In this document: in pieces, positions 55,009 through 64,000 of the stretch | Position numbering within the stretch: position 1 is the first letter of the stretch | How the letters are laid out: each line of letters starts with the position of its first letter | Source of the DNA: a virus | Virus record (IMG/VR): IMGVR_UViG_3300010370_000028 | Span: 1 to 64,000 of that record | Reading direction: 5' to 3' (one strand) | DNA length: 64,000 bases | Program-made: the position numbers and the translations under genes | The notes under the pieces: model-generated | The model's database searches: none | The model's input: the letters and a program-made list of their open reading frames with translations, nothing else | Told to the model about the DNA's origin: nothing

Positions 55009-57003
55009 ATGCCAAAACAAATATTAAAAAGCAACTCAGCATTCGTTGGTATTGGTAATCCATTATCAACTCCTAAAACTATACAAAGAACTAATTTAGT
55101 TTTCCCAAGTGAAGGATTTGATTCATGGAGTTTGATAAATGGTGCTACAATTTCTGCAACAGATCAAGATGGGCCTTTTAATATAAAAACAGCAGAAAAA
55201 ATAACATTATCAGCTACACAAAATAGTAGATTTGAAAAACAAACTGCAATTTCATCTGCTGGTTCTTATGTATTTTCTATTTGGTTAAGAGCTGATTCTC
55301 CAGTTAGTGTACATATTGGTCTTACTTGGGCAAATAAATTAATAAATGTCACTACTGAATGGCAAAGATTCTTTTATACTGCAAATTTAAGTGCTGGAAG
55401 TGCATATCCACAAGTACATAAAAATAATACAGATCCAGCATTTTCGCTTTATGCCTGGGGCGCTCAAGTTGAAAGAGGAACCTTTCCAACAAATTATATA
55501 AAAACATCAACTGTTACAAATACAGTAACTGAAGCAATTGATGAATTAAGATTATTTACACTTACTCAAAATTGTAATTTTGGAGTATCAAATGATCACT
55601 TAAAATTAAAACAAATAGGGTCTGATGGATATGCAGTAAATGAAGTTTTTCAAGCGCCAAAAGTTAACTTAACTTTAGACTATTTACATTCTCCATATTT
55701 AAATAATGAATTACTTTTGGGTTTTAATGGAAGTGGAGATCTTTATCAGAATGCTCTTTCTAGCTTCAACTCGAAAAGAAATAATTTTTATTTAGTAGTT
55801 GATAATAGAGACATTAAAGAAGGTTTTGATGAAGTAAAAAGAATAGATCCTTTAAATATTGATTTTAGTGGTTTTAGTATTTTTTCTTTTGGCGACTGTT
55901 ATTTAACAAATTATTCACTCAATTTTCAAATAGGCCAAATTCCATCAGTTAGTACAACTTTTGCTTGTTCTAATATGAAAATAGATACTTTAGTTGATTC
56001 TGAAAAATTTGAAATAGTCACTGGGAGTTTTACGTGGAGTGGTGCTAGAACTGATGCAGAATCAAGAGGTGGAAGATTAGCTATTTTAAATACAGAAGAA
56101 AAACAAAATAAAGTGCCAGAATATTCAAGTTCTGCATTATGGATTGGTGCAACTGATTCTGGAGTTGAAGGAACTTGGAGATGGATTGATGGAACGCTTC
56201 TTAATGATGGGTATACTAATTGGAAAATTTATGAACCAAATAATGCTGGTGGTGATGAAAATTATGCGATGAGATATAATAGCACTAATTCTTATCAATG
56301 GAATGATGGTCCAAACTCAGGATTACTTGGATATATAATTGAATACGGAATTGCAGAAACTAAAAATCAAATTAATATTCCATCTGTAACAACTCCTGGA
56401 ATTTTAAATTTAGCTGATTCTTATTTTACTTTGACCTCTGGTTTTGTTGCAAGCAACCCAGAAGAAAAAAATGAATTTAATATACCAGTCACATCCCCAA
56501 TGCATAGTGAATTTATTCTTGATGACTTGCAGGTTGGAGGTATTAAATTAGAGTCTTATAATAAGCCATTATTACAATCTCTATCAATAGACATAGATTT
56601 ATCTAGAAATGACCTATATGGATTAGGTAATAACTATGTTTATGATAGAAAAATCAGCTATCCAATTAATGCTAAAATAGATATGTCTGTATTAGTTTCT
56701 GGGGTAGATGATGGATTTATTAGTGGAATTCTTCAAAATCAACAAGTTTATGGATTTACAATAAATTGTATAAATACTAAAAACTATATAACTGGTTCTT
56801 ATAAATTTAATAATTGTAGATTAAATAATTTTAATTATTCAATGCCATTAAACAATGTAATGACATTTAATGCTTCTTTTGACTGCACAATTAGAAATGA
56901 TGCTGGATTCTTAATGAGAAGAGTAACTGATGCTATTGGGAATTATTATCAAGATTTCGATACAATTTGGAACAACTTGTCTATAAATTGGGAATCTGTT
57001 TGA
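55009..57003 (+). CDS. tail-tube-like protein with WGAQxE and C-type lectin inserts
   Basis: tube-like motifs; EWQRF..WGAQVE; WIGATD...EPN...WND. Confidence 0.7.
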   Translation: MPKQILKSNSAFVGIGNPLSTPKTIQRTNLVFPSEGFDSWSLINGATISATDQDGPFNIKTAEKITLSATQNSRFEKQTAISSAGSYVFSIWLRADSPVSVHIGLTWANKLINVTTEWQRFFYTANLSAGSAYPQVHKNNTDPAFSLYAWGAQVERGTFPTNYIKTSTVTNTVTEAIDELRLFTLTQNCNFGVSNDHLKLKQIGSDGYAVNEVFQAPKVNLTLDYLHSPYLNNELLLGFNGSGDLYQNALSSFNSKRNNFYLVVDNRDIKEGFDEVKRIDPLNIDFSGFSIFSFGDCYLTNYSLNFQIGQIPSVSTTFACSNMKIDTLVDSEKFEIVTGSFTWSGARTDAESRGGRLAILNTEEKQNKVPEYSSSALWIGATDSGVEGTWRWIDGTLLNDGYTNWKIYEPNNAGGDENYAMRYNSTNSYQWNDGPNSGLLGYIIEYGIAETKNQINIPSVTTPGILNLADSYFTLTSGFVASNPEEKNEFNIPVTSPMHSEFILDDLQVGGIKLESYNKPLLQSLSIDIDLSRNDLYGLGNNYVYDRKISYPINAKIDMSVLVSGVDDGFISGILQNQQVYGFTINCINTKNYITGSYKFNNCRLNNFNYSMPLNNVMTFNASFDCTIRNDAGFLMRRVTDAIGNYYQDFDTIWNNLSINWESV

Positions 57004-57029
57004 AATAAAGTGTAAAAAATAATGAAAAT

Positions 57030-60000
57030 ATGGATCTACAAGGGAAAAAGTTAAGTGATACTTATAAGTATTTATTATCAGTTGGGCCAATCGATTCTAG
57101 TACATCAATAACACTGGGTAATGGCGCTCCTATTCCTTGGAGTGCAAATGGTATTGTTGTGACAGGCAATACAGCTCAAACAATAGGTGGAGCTAAAACT
57201 TTTAATGGTACTCTAACCATCCCATCAACGCTTAATTTTAGTTCGAATGGTTCAATTGTTAAAACTGGAAATCATGCTGTTACATTAACAACTTCTTCAG
57301 CTTCTAATATAACATTTTCAAGCGCTACAGCTAGAACATATACTATAGCAGATCCAGGAGCAAATGCTTCTTTTGTAATGACAGAGGGGGCGCAAACTAT
57401 AAATGGCGCTAAAACTTTTAATGGAGATACTAAAATATTAGCAGATGTCGAAGTAGGATTAAATGCAACGGCTACTAATTTATTTGGAACTGGAGCTTCA
57501 ACAAATAAATTTGGTGATAAAGCTATAACCTCTAATGCATTTGGAAATGATGTAACTGGTAATTCTTCTTTTAATGATTTTGGAAAAGCATCTAGATCTA
57601 ATAATTTTGGAGAAAATGCTTTTATAAATATTTTTGGAAAAAATAATAGTGGTTATAATGCATTTGGTATAGGAATAAGTGGAAGCACTGCATACAACGC
57701 TTTTGGTTCTGGTTTAATAAGTGGCGCTCAAAATTATTTTGGTTCAAATTCTAAAAATCATTTTGGTAAAGATGGTGAAAATTATTTTTATTCTGGATTA
57801 TTTGCTGGTCCAGTTACTTTACCAGCAACTGTTGCATATACTTCTGCTGGAAGTATAGTTAAATCTGGTAATCATCCATTAGGATTAATAACGACATCTG
57901 GAACAACTGGAACATTTCCAACTGGAAATATTAATATTGCTGCGCTAGAGGGTCAGCAAACTTTTATTGGAGAAAAAACATTTTCAAGTGGAATAAATAT
58001 TACTAAAACAACAGATCAATTAGTTTTAGGGGGTGCGACAAAATTAACAATTAGTTCAACAGCTCCAGCAAATAATAGAAAATATACGATTCCAGATGCT
58101 GGTAAAGATGTTAGTTTTATATTAAGTAGTGGTACTCAAACTATTGAGGGGACAACAACATTTACTTCTACAGTTAATGCAAGTATTACTGGCAATGCTG
58201 GTTCAGCAACCAATGCCGTTTATGTAACTGGTGATCAATCAATTAATGGAACAAAGAGCTTTACAACACGTCCAACTGTTAATGGATCTGGTGTTCTTTT
58301 GGTTGGTGAATCTGTGGCTAGTGCTACAACTCCTTATAGTTTAATTTTTGGTACTGGTTTAAAATTAAGTAATGGAACTACACCAGCAAGTTGGAACGGT
58401 AATCAGGATAAAACTATTGAAGTTGACACTACCTATATTGCATCTTTAACTGGTAATCAAACGCTTAATGGTATTAAGACATTTTCAACTGGGCAGATTA
58501 TTGAATCTAGCACAAATCACATTACATTAAAAACTGGTAGTGCTGGTAATTCAATTTTTATTACAGTACCGTCAATTTCTGCAAATCATACGTATACAAT
58601 ACCAGATATTGGTTCTTCTGCAGCATTTGTGTTAACAAGTGGGTCGCAAACTATTGGAGGATTAAAAACATTTACAGCTGGACAAACTATACAATCTACT
58701 TCTAATCAAATCACATTAAAAACTGGTAGCGCTGGTAATTCTATAGCAATTACAGCGCCAATAATTTCTGGAAATAGGACTTATACAATGCCAGATGTAA
58801 GTGGAAACGCTGAATTTGTAATGACTACAGGTTTCCAAGCAATTGGTGGTGTTAAAAACTTCACTTCTCGTCCAACAGTTAATGGAGCAAGTATTTTACT
58901 TGCAGGAGACACCTCTGTTTTCTCAAAAGTTGAAGCTCCAAATCTTGTTTATAATACTGGAAATCAAATTATAAATGGAAGAAAACAATTTACAAACTTC
59001 TCTATTGCAGGTCCATTTGAAAATGATGTTGATGCTGATTTTAATGGTTTATTATCTTCTAAAGGAGTTTATTGTATAAATGATGGTTCTATTAGATCTG
59101 CAGTTGAAATACCATCATTAGATATCGTTTATGAAACAGGAGCCACATCATTAACTCCTAGAATTGGTCCAACACCATTTTTTTCAAGACAACAGTTTGA
59201 TACAAGTGGTACTTATATGGATAAAGATGGATATCTTAAATATGCTACTGGAAATCAACCAAGATTTGATTATGCGGTAAGTAAAAACTTATATTATGGA
59301 AGTAATAGTTTATTTAATTTTTGGAGATATCCAGAATTTAATGCGGGTTTTACTGAAAAATCTATAGTCAGTGCGCCAAATGAAATAAATCCTTTAAAAT
59401 CGCAAAAGGATGTTCAAAAATATGTTGATATAACTGGATCTGGAGTTGCAACTCAATATACAATTAGAAGAGATCAGATATTATATAGTGGAATAGATTA
59501 TACAATGTCTGTATTTGCAAAACCAATAAATAATAATTTTATAAAATTTTTAGCACCAAATAATTTTATTTTATTTAATTTGTCAAATAATTCAATATCT
59601 GGAATGGGGAATGTGGGAATACTTGGATCTGGAATAGATAACACTTATGGAAATGGTTGGTCACGTTTATGGATGTCTTTTAAATATAGCGGTTTAAACT
59701 CATCTCAAGTCACTCAAATAACTTCTTCTGATATTACTGGGGCTACATCAAAAATCGTAAATACTACAGCAGTCGATGCATTTTATTTATGGGGACCACA
59801 GTTAGAACAAAATGCAAAACCAACTTCATATGAAACATCTTTTGGCATACCTAGTGTACAATCACCTGGTTATGAAGGTATAACTTCAAAAGGATTACTC
59901 TTAGAAAGAAGATCAAGTAATTTAGTTTTATATTCTAATAATTTTACTGGTGGACAAGCAAATAATAGCTTTTCTAATGGTAGTATAGTTTTAACTGGTG

Positions 60001-61034
60001 GACCTTGGCCAGATGGTTCTGGAGTTAATTATTCTGGTGCTGTTTATGTTGAAAATAATACAAATTCTATTCATAATGTTTATAGACATCAAATATCAGG
60101 TATTACGGGTGGAACTAATTATACAACATCTATATTTTTAAAACAACCAATTAATGGAAGAAGATATGTTTTAGGTATATTTTCAGGATCTGGTATTCCA
60201 GATACAAGAGTTTCAATTGATTTAGATAGTGGTATAAGTGGTGGTAGAACAACAGTAGTTCCTGGTTATACAGCTCCATCATTTTATACTGGAATAAAAT
60301 ATCCTAATAATTGGTATAGGCTTGTTATAAGTCAAACAGCGACTAGTACTGTATCAGAAGGTGGTAATTGTTCATTTTGGTCAACAACGGGTTTTGGAGA
60401 AAATACTGGAGCTATTCCAGGTTTAAATGGACCAGCATTTCAAATATTTGGTCATCAAACAGAATCTTTATCTAGAGGAATAGCTACAAGTTATAAACCA
60501 ACTAATGGAATAACTGGTAGACTTGAGCCAGATTACTGTAGAATAGAAGGAGATGATTTTTCTGGTTTCTTTAATGAGCGACAAGGAACATTCTTTTTGG
60601 AAGCTGAGGTTTTAGAAAATGACACTGCAAATTTATATGGAATGCTTGCTATAGAAGGTTCTAATAGACAATCTGGACTTTATTCAGTTTATTGGACTCC
60701 GCCAACCAAAAAGTTTAGTATTGATTATGATACAGCTCCACCAAACTATCATAATTCAGCTTTGTTCCAAATTACAACAGGAACTACATCTGGAGTTAAA
60801 GAGTTTTTTGCAACATCATCATATAAGGAAAATAATTTTGCAGCTTCATTTTATAATCAAAGTATTTTGACAGATACAACTGGAAAATTAGGTATGCTTC
60901 CTATGGATAAAGTTGTTTTTGGTGCTAATGGATATTCTGCTGGGCCAAGTTATTCAAACATGTACTTAAAAAGATTCTCATATTGGCCACTTCAATTTCA
61001 AAATAACAAATTAACAGGATTATATAGATACTAA
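57030..61034 (+). CDS. tail fibre protein
   Basis: many G.QTI.G.KTF repeats, N.FG repeats, PRFDY and GLLLE..S.NL motifs. Confidence 0.8.
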   Translation: MDLQGKKLSDTYKYLLSVGPIDSSTSITLGNGAPIPWSANGIVVTGNTAQTIGGAKTFNGTLTIPSTLNFSSNGSIVKTGNHAVTLTTSSASNITFSSATARTYTIADPGANASFVMTEGAQTINGAKTFNGDTKILADVEVGLNATATNLFGTGASTNKFGDKAITSNAFGNDVTGNSSFNDFGKASRSNNFGENAFINIFGKNNSGYNAFGIGISGSTAYNAFGSGLISGAQNYFGSNSKNHFGKDGENYFYSGLFAGPVTLPATVAYTSAGSIVKSGNHPLGLITTSGTTGTFPTGNINIAALEGQQTFIGEKTFSSGINITKTTDQLVLGGATKLTISSTAPANNRKYTIPDAGKDVSFILSSGTQTIEGTTTFTSTVNASITGNAGSATNAVYVTGDQSINGTKSFTTRPTVNGSGVLLVGESVASATTPYSLIFGTGLKLSNGTTPASWNGNQDKTIEVDTTYIASLTGNQTLNGIKTFSTGQIIESSTNHITLKTGSAGNSIFITVPSISANHTYTIPDIGSSAAFVLTSGSQTIGGLKTFTAGQTIQSTSNQITLKTGSAGNSIAITAPIISGNRTYTMPDVSGNAEFVMTTGFQAIGGVKNFTSRPTVNGASILLAGDTSVFSKVEAPNLVYNTGNQIINGRKQFTNFSIAGPFENDVDADFNGLLSSKGVYCINDGSIRSAVEIPSLDIVYETGATSLTPRIGPTPFFSRQQFDTSGTYMDKDGYLKYATGNQPRFDYAVSKNLYYGSNSLFNFWRYPEFNAGFTEKSIVSAPNEINPLKSQKDVQKYVDITGSGVATQYTIRRDQILYSGIDYTMSVFAKPINNNFIKFLAPNNFILFNLSNNSISGMGNVGILGSGIDNTYGNGWSRLWMSFKYSGLNSSQVTQITSSDITGATSKIVNTTAVDAFYLWGPQLEQNAKPTSYETSFGIPSVQSPGYEGITSKGLLLERRSSNLVLYSNNFTGGQANNSFSNGSIVLTGGPWPDGSGVNYSGAVYVENNTNSIHNVYRHQISGITGGTNYTTSIFLKQPINGRRYVLGIFSGSGIPDTRVSIDLDSGISGGRTTVVPGYTAPSFYTGIKYPNNWYRLVISQTATSTVSEGGNCSFWSTTGFGENTGAIPGLNGPAFQIFGHQTESLSRGIATSYKPTNGITGRLEPDYCRIEGDDFSGFFNERQGTFFLEAEVLENDTANLYGMLAIEGSNRQSGLYSVYWTPPTKKFSIDYDTAPPNYHNSALFQITTGTTSGVKEFFATSSYKENNFAASFYNQSILTDTTGKLGMLPMDKVVFGANGYSAGPSYSNMYLKRFSYWPLQFQNNKLTGLYRY

Positions 61035-61036
61035 TT

Positions 61037-63133
61037 ATGGCAGACGGAGATCAAAATGCAACATATATTTTAAATGCGCAAAACCAATTTGCGCTTTTTC
61101 CAGGTATAGGTTTAACATCAAATGGTGGAGCTTATGATGGTTCTGTCGAAAGATACTTTGATGTAGATACATCTTTATTCTTATCCTTAAGTGGCGAACA
61201 AACAATAGAAGGACAAAAAACTTTTGTACTTAATCCACTTATAGGTGAAGCAGAAACTGTTTTAACATCTGGAGATCAGACGATTAGTGGTCTTAAAACT
61301 TTTACAGATCGTCCTTATGTAAGTGGTATTCCAGTTATTTTAAGTGGTGATGCTGCTGGCGTAGCTACTCCTAATGATTTAACATTTGGTTTTGGTATAC
61401 AATCAAGCGGTGACATTTTCAATGGAAGTTCTGCTAAAATAATAGCTATAAATCCAAATGAAATTGTATCTATTACTGGAATAGAAGAAATAAGTGGACA
61501 AAAAACATTTACATTAACACCAAAAGTTGGTAGTGGAATTGTTATATTAAATACTGGAGAACAAACATTAAGTGGAAAACTTATTATTAATAATGAATTA
61601 ATTCACTCTGGTTCATTAAATATAGGTAGAACTGGTAATAGTAATTATTTTGGTACTTCCGCTGTTTTAAATGAATTTGGGCCTTCTGGTAATATAAATA
61701 ATTTTGGAAACCTTTCTGTATTAAATTCATTTGGTAATAGTACAACAACTAATGAATTTGGAACACTTTCTGTTAATAAATTTGGAGAAAGTGGTATTAA
61801 TACTTTTTACTCTGGAACATTTACTGGACAAACCGTTTTTGAAAATAATATTATAATTGGCGAGGGCCAACCAGTAATGAATACTGGCAGTGAAGTAATT
61901 AGTGGTCTTAAAACATTTTTAAATGATTTAACTATTTCTGGAGATTTAATTTTAGGAGATAATAATACAGTTATTGATACTCAAGTTCATACGTTAATTG
62001 GAGGATCTGGTAATTATTCAAGCGGGAATGCTTCAGTAGTTTTAGGTGGTAGAAATAATACTTTAAATGGAGATTACTCATTGATAGCAGTAGGGGAAGA
62101 TAATACGCTATCTGGAAGCAGATCTTTAATTTTAAATGGAATTTTAAATAATATAACTGGAAACGATAATATTATTCTTGGTGGTACTGGTAATAAAATT
62201 GGTAGTGGTATTTTCTCATCTATAATAAATGGTTATAATAATACCATCTACGATTCAAATTCATTCATTGGAAATGGAAATAGAAATGTTATAAGTGGAT
62301 CTGATAATTTTATCGGCGGTGGTTATGAACACGGTATTACTGGAAGTAATAATTTTATTGGTTTCGGTTATGGTAATTTAATAACTGGAACTGATTCGGT
62401 TATTGCTGGGGGCGCGTATAATATATCATATGGTGATAGAGGAAGTGTTTTGGGTGGATTTAATAATCAAATTTTAGAATCGACTAATTCTTCAATTGGA
62501 GGTGGAAATATTAATAAAATACAAGACGGATACAATACAACTATTGCTGGTGGTTCTAGTAATGAAATTATATCTGGTGATGCATCATTTATTGGTGGTG
62601 GATTAATTAATAAAATAAACTCACCAGAATCAGTTATATGTGGTGGGACTTATAATGAAATAAATGCAATTTCATCTATTATAGTTGGCGGTTTTGAGAA
62701 TTTAATTAATACAGATTGTTCTTATACTTTTATTGGTGGTGGTAATAACAATTCTATAGAAAGTGGATCGTATTCGCTTATTAATGGTGGATATTATAAT
62801 GAAATTTCAGGTTCAAATTCTTCAATTTTAGGAGGAGATCAAAATAAAATTTATTCTAATTATTCTAATGCTATAGGTAGAAGAGTTAATATTTCATCTG
62901 AACATTTGGGAGCAACAGTTATTGCAGATGGACAAGAAAGAGATCACTATTCAAGAGGCGCACACACTTTAACTCTAGACTTCTTTAATGGTGTTTACTT
63001 GAGATTACCACAATTTACTGGATCATCATCACAAACAGGAAATCGTGGAGAACTAGCAGTTAGTGGCGATTATTTATATATATGTACTGGAAGTGAATCT
63101 GGATGGGGAAGAATACAATTAAGTAGTTTTTAA
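61037..63133 (+). CDS. tail fibre / beta-helix adhesin-like protein
   Basis: QTISG.KTF repeats, long S.I.GG..N.I repeat run, C-terminal G..GE.....DYLYIC....W.R motif. Confidence 0.8.
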   Translation: MADGDQNATYILNAQNQFALFPGIGLTSNGGAYDGSVERYFDVDTSLFLSLSGEQTIEGQKTFVLNPLIGEAETVLTSGDQTISGLKTFTDRPYVSGIPVILSGDAAGVATPNDLTFGFGIQSSGDIFNGSSAKIIAINPNEIVSITGIEEISGQKTFTLTPKVGSGIVILNTGEQTLSGKLIINNELIHSGSLNIGRTGNSNYFGTSAVLNEFGPSGNINNFGNLSVLNSFGNSTTTNEFGTLSVNKFGESGINTFYSGTFTGQTVFENNIIIGEGQPVMNTGSEVISGLKTFLNDLTISGDLILGDNNTVIDTQVHTLIGGSGNYSSGNASVVLGGRNNTLNGDYSLIAVGEDNTLSGSRSLILNGILNNITGNDNIILGGTGNKIGSGIFSSIINGYNNTIYDSNSFIGNGNRNVISGSDNFIGGGYEHGITGSNNFIGFGYGNLITGTDSVIAGGAYNISYGDRGSVLGGFNNQILESTNSSIGGGNINKIQDGYNTTIAGGSSNEIISGDASFIGGGLINKINSPESVICGGTYNEINAISSIIVGGFENLINTDCSYTFIGGGNNNSIESGSYSLINGGYYNEISGSNSSILGGDQNKIYSNYSNAIGRRVNISSEHLGATVIADGQERDHYSRGAHTLTLDFFNGVYLRLPQFTGSSSQTGNRGELAVSGDYLYICTGSESGWGRIQLSSF

Positions 63134-63519
63134 TTATAATCAATTTTAACATTTTTGCTTTCAAAAGATTTCATTTGTTCTGGATGCTTTGCTCCTTTAC
63201 GCTCTTTTGAATAATTTTCAAAGTATTTTTCTTTAATTGGATCTTTGCCTCCAGCTAACTCTGCACGTTTATTGCTCATTTCAGCACTTCTATCTAATAG
63301 GTCGCCATATGTGCCTTTTTTGGTTCCTGTTTTTTCAGTAAACTGTTTCGCGCTAAATGGATCTATCTGAGAGTCGATGGATGCACATGGTGAATAGAAA
63401 ACTCTAATCCAGTCATCTTCATCTCCATTTTCGCCAAAATATTCATGCTTTTCACTCATAGACTGAACAATATCTCTATGTTCATCTGTTGATTTTCTTC
63501 TGTATGTATAAATTGGCAT
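63130..63519 (-). CDS. FmdB-like protein (cysteines absent)
   Basis: MPIYTY......E...I.Q.M N-terminus and W.RVF..P. Confidence 0.5.
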   Translation of the reverse strand: MPIYTYRRKSTDEHRDIVQSMSEKHEYFGENGDEDDWIRVFYSPCASIDSQIDPFSAKQFTEKTGTKKGTYGDLLDRSAEMSNKRAELAGGKDPIKEKYFENYSKERKGAKHPEQMKSFESKNVKIDYN

Positions 63520-63530
63520 ATATATTACTA

Positions 63531-63568
63531 TAAAAAAAACAGGTGAAAATTCAATTCCACCTGTTTTC
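63531..63568 (-). terminator. putative terminator after the Hsp20 gene
   Basis: AAAACAGGTG...CACCTGTTTT inverted repeat with an A tract. Confidence 0.55.
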
Positions 63569-63590
63569 TATTTTGGATTTTGCTTTGATA

Positions 63591-63911
63591 TTATGCTATT
63601 TCTATCTCTAAGCTATCGGTTACTGATTTCTTAGGAAGAGTTAATTTAAGCAATCCATTTTTATATTCCGATTTAATGTGATTAATCGAAACGCAATTAT
63701 TAAGATTAATAGATAAGTTTTTAGACCTCTCTTCGTTCTTAGCCTTAATCTTAAGGATTTCATCTGTAGCTGTAATTTTGATATCAGATTTATCATATCC
63801 AGCCAATTCCACTTCGGCAGTATAAACATCCCCAATATCTTTAATGAAAGATTTTGGATATGAGTATGAGCTGCCTAATGTTGAAAATAATGTATCGTAT
63901 AATGTATTCAT
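63591..63911 (-). CDS. small heat shock protein (Hsp20/alpha-crystallin)
   Basis: ELAG..K.DI.I......L.I and I...YKNGLL.LTLPK motifs. Confidence 0.85.
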   Translation of the reverse strand: MNTLYDTLFSTLGSSYSYPKSFIKDIGDVYTAEVELAGYDKSDIKITATDEILKIKAKNEERSKNLSINLNNCVSINHIKSEYKNGLLKLTLPKKSVTDSLEIEIA

Positions 63912-64000
63912 AGACTTTTGCTATATCAGAAATTATGCCAAGCATTAAACCCCAAAAATACTGGACAAAATTGCACTAGCTGTATGCTCATATGTCATAT

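Noticed and set aside
24760-56350. C-type lectin domains as DGR variable regions
   Set aside because: No reverse transcriptase or template repeat seen; the two copies differ throughout rather than only at adenines
24327-63911. Alternative genetic code or introns/inteins in late genes
   Set aside because: Long ORFs are intact in the standard code with dense packing; no intein or intron signature noticed in TerL, portal or MCP

Overview
A 64-kb segment of a large, AT-rich tailed dsDNA phage. It is probably a siphovirus (2986-aa tape measure, no sheath gene seen). The host cannot be determined from the sequence, but genes mostly lack Shine-Dalgarno sites. Three zones are visible. (1) 1-12.4 kb: small plus-strand accessory and DNA-repair genes (DenV-like and Ogg-like glycosylases, sulfotransferase, HNH-AP2 endonuclease, RuvB, tRNA-Arg). 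(2) 12.4-24.3 kb: a visibly more GC-rich minus-strand early region of short promoter-bearing, mostly leaderless gene cassettes. The cassettes are separated by 11 copies of a symmetric 47-bp element AAACTTA-N9-GACCCC-[GAA/TTC/GTA/TAC]-GGGGTC-N9-TAAGTT. Its triloop occurs in both orientations and its flanks resemble IHF sites. This zone also holds an RNA resembling the tRNA-like domain of tmRNA. (3) 24.3-64 kb: late genes preceded by a GTGTAA motif, including PhoH, a Zn-finger sigma factor, an ERCC4 nuclease, terminase, portal, protease/scaffold, capsid, an inverted neck/tail-tube block, tape measure, tail tip/fibres and Hsp20. The strongest candidates for new biology are the hairpin-delimited cassette array and the tape measure protein, which carries PD-(D/E)xK nuclease-like domains between G[FY][IV]PN[FY][AV] repeats. 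Tail-tube paralogues carrying QPD- and EPN-type C-type lectin inserts are also notable. All family calls are by-eye motif recognition; no searches were run.
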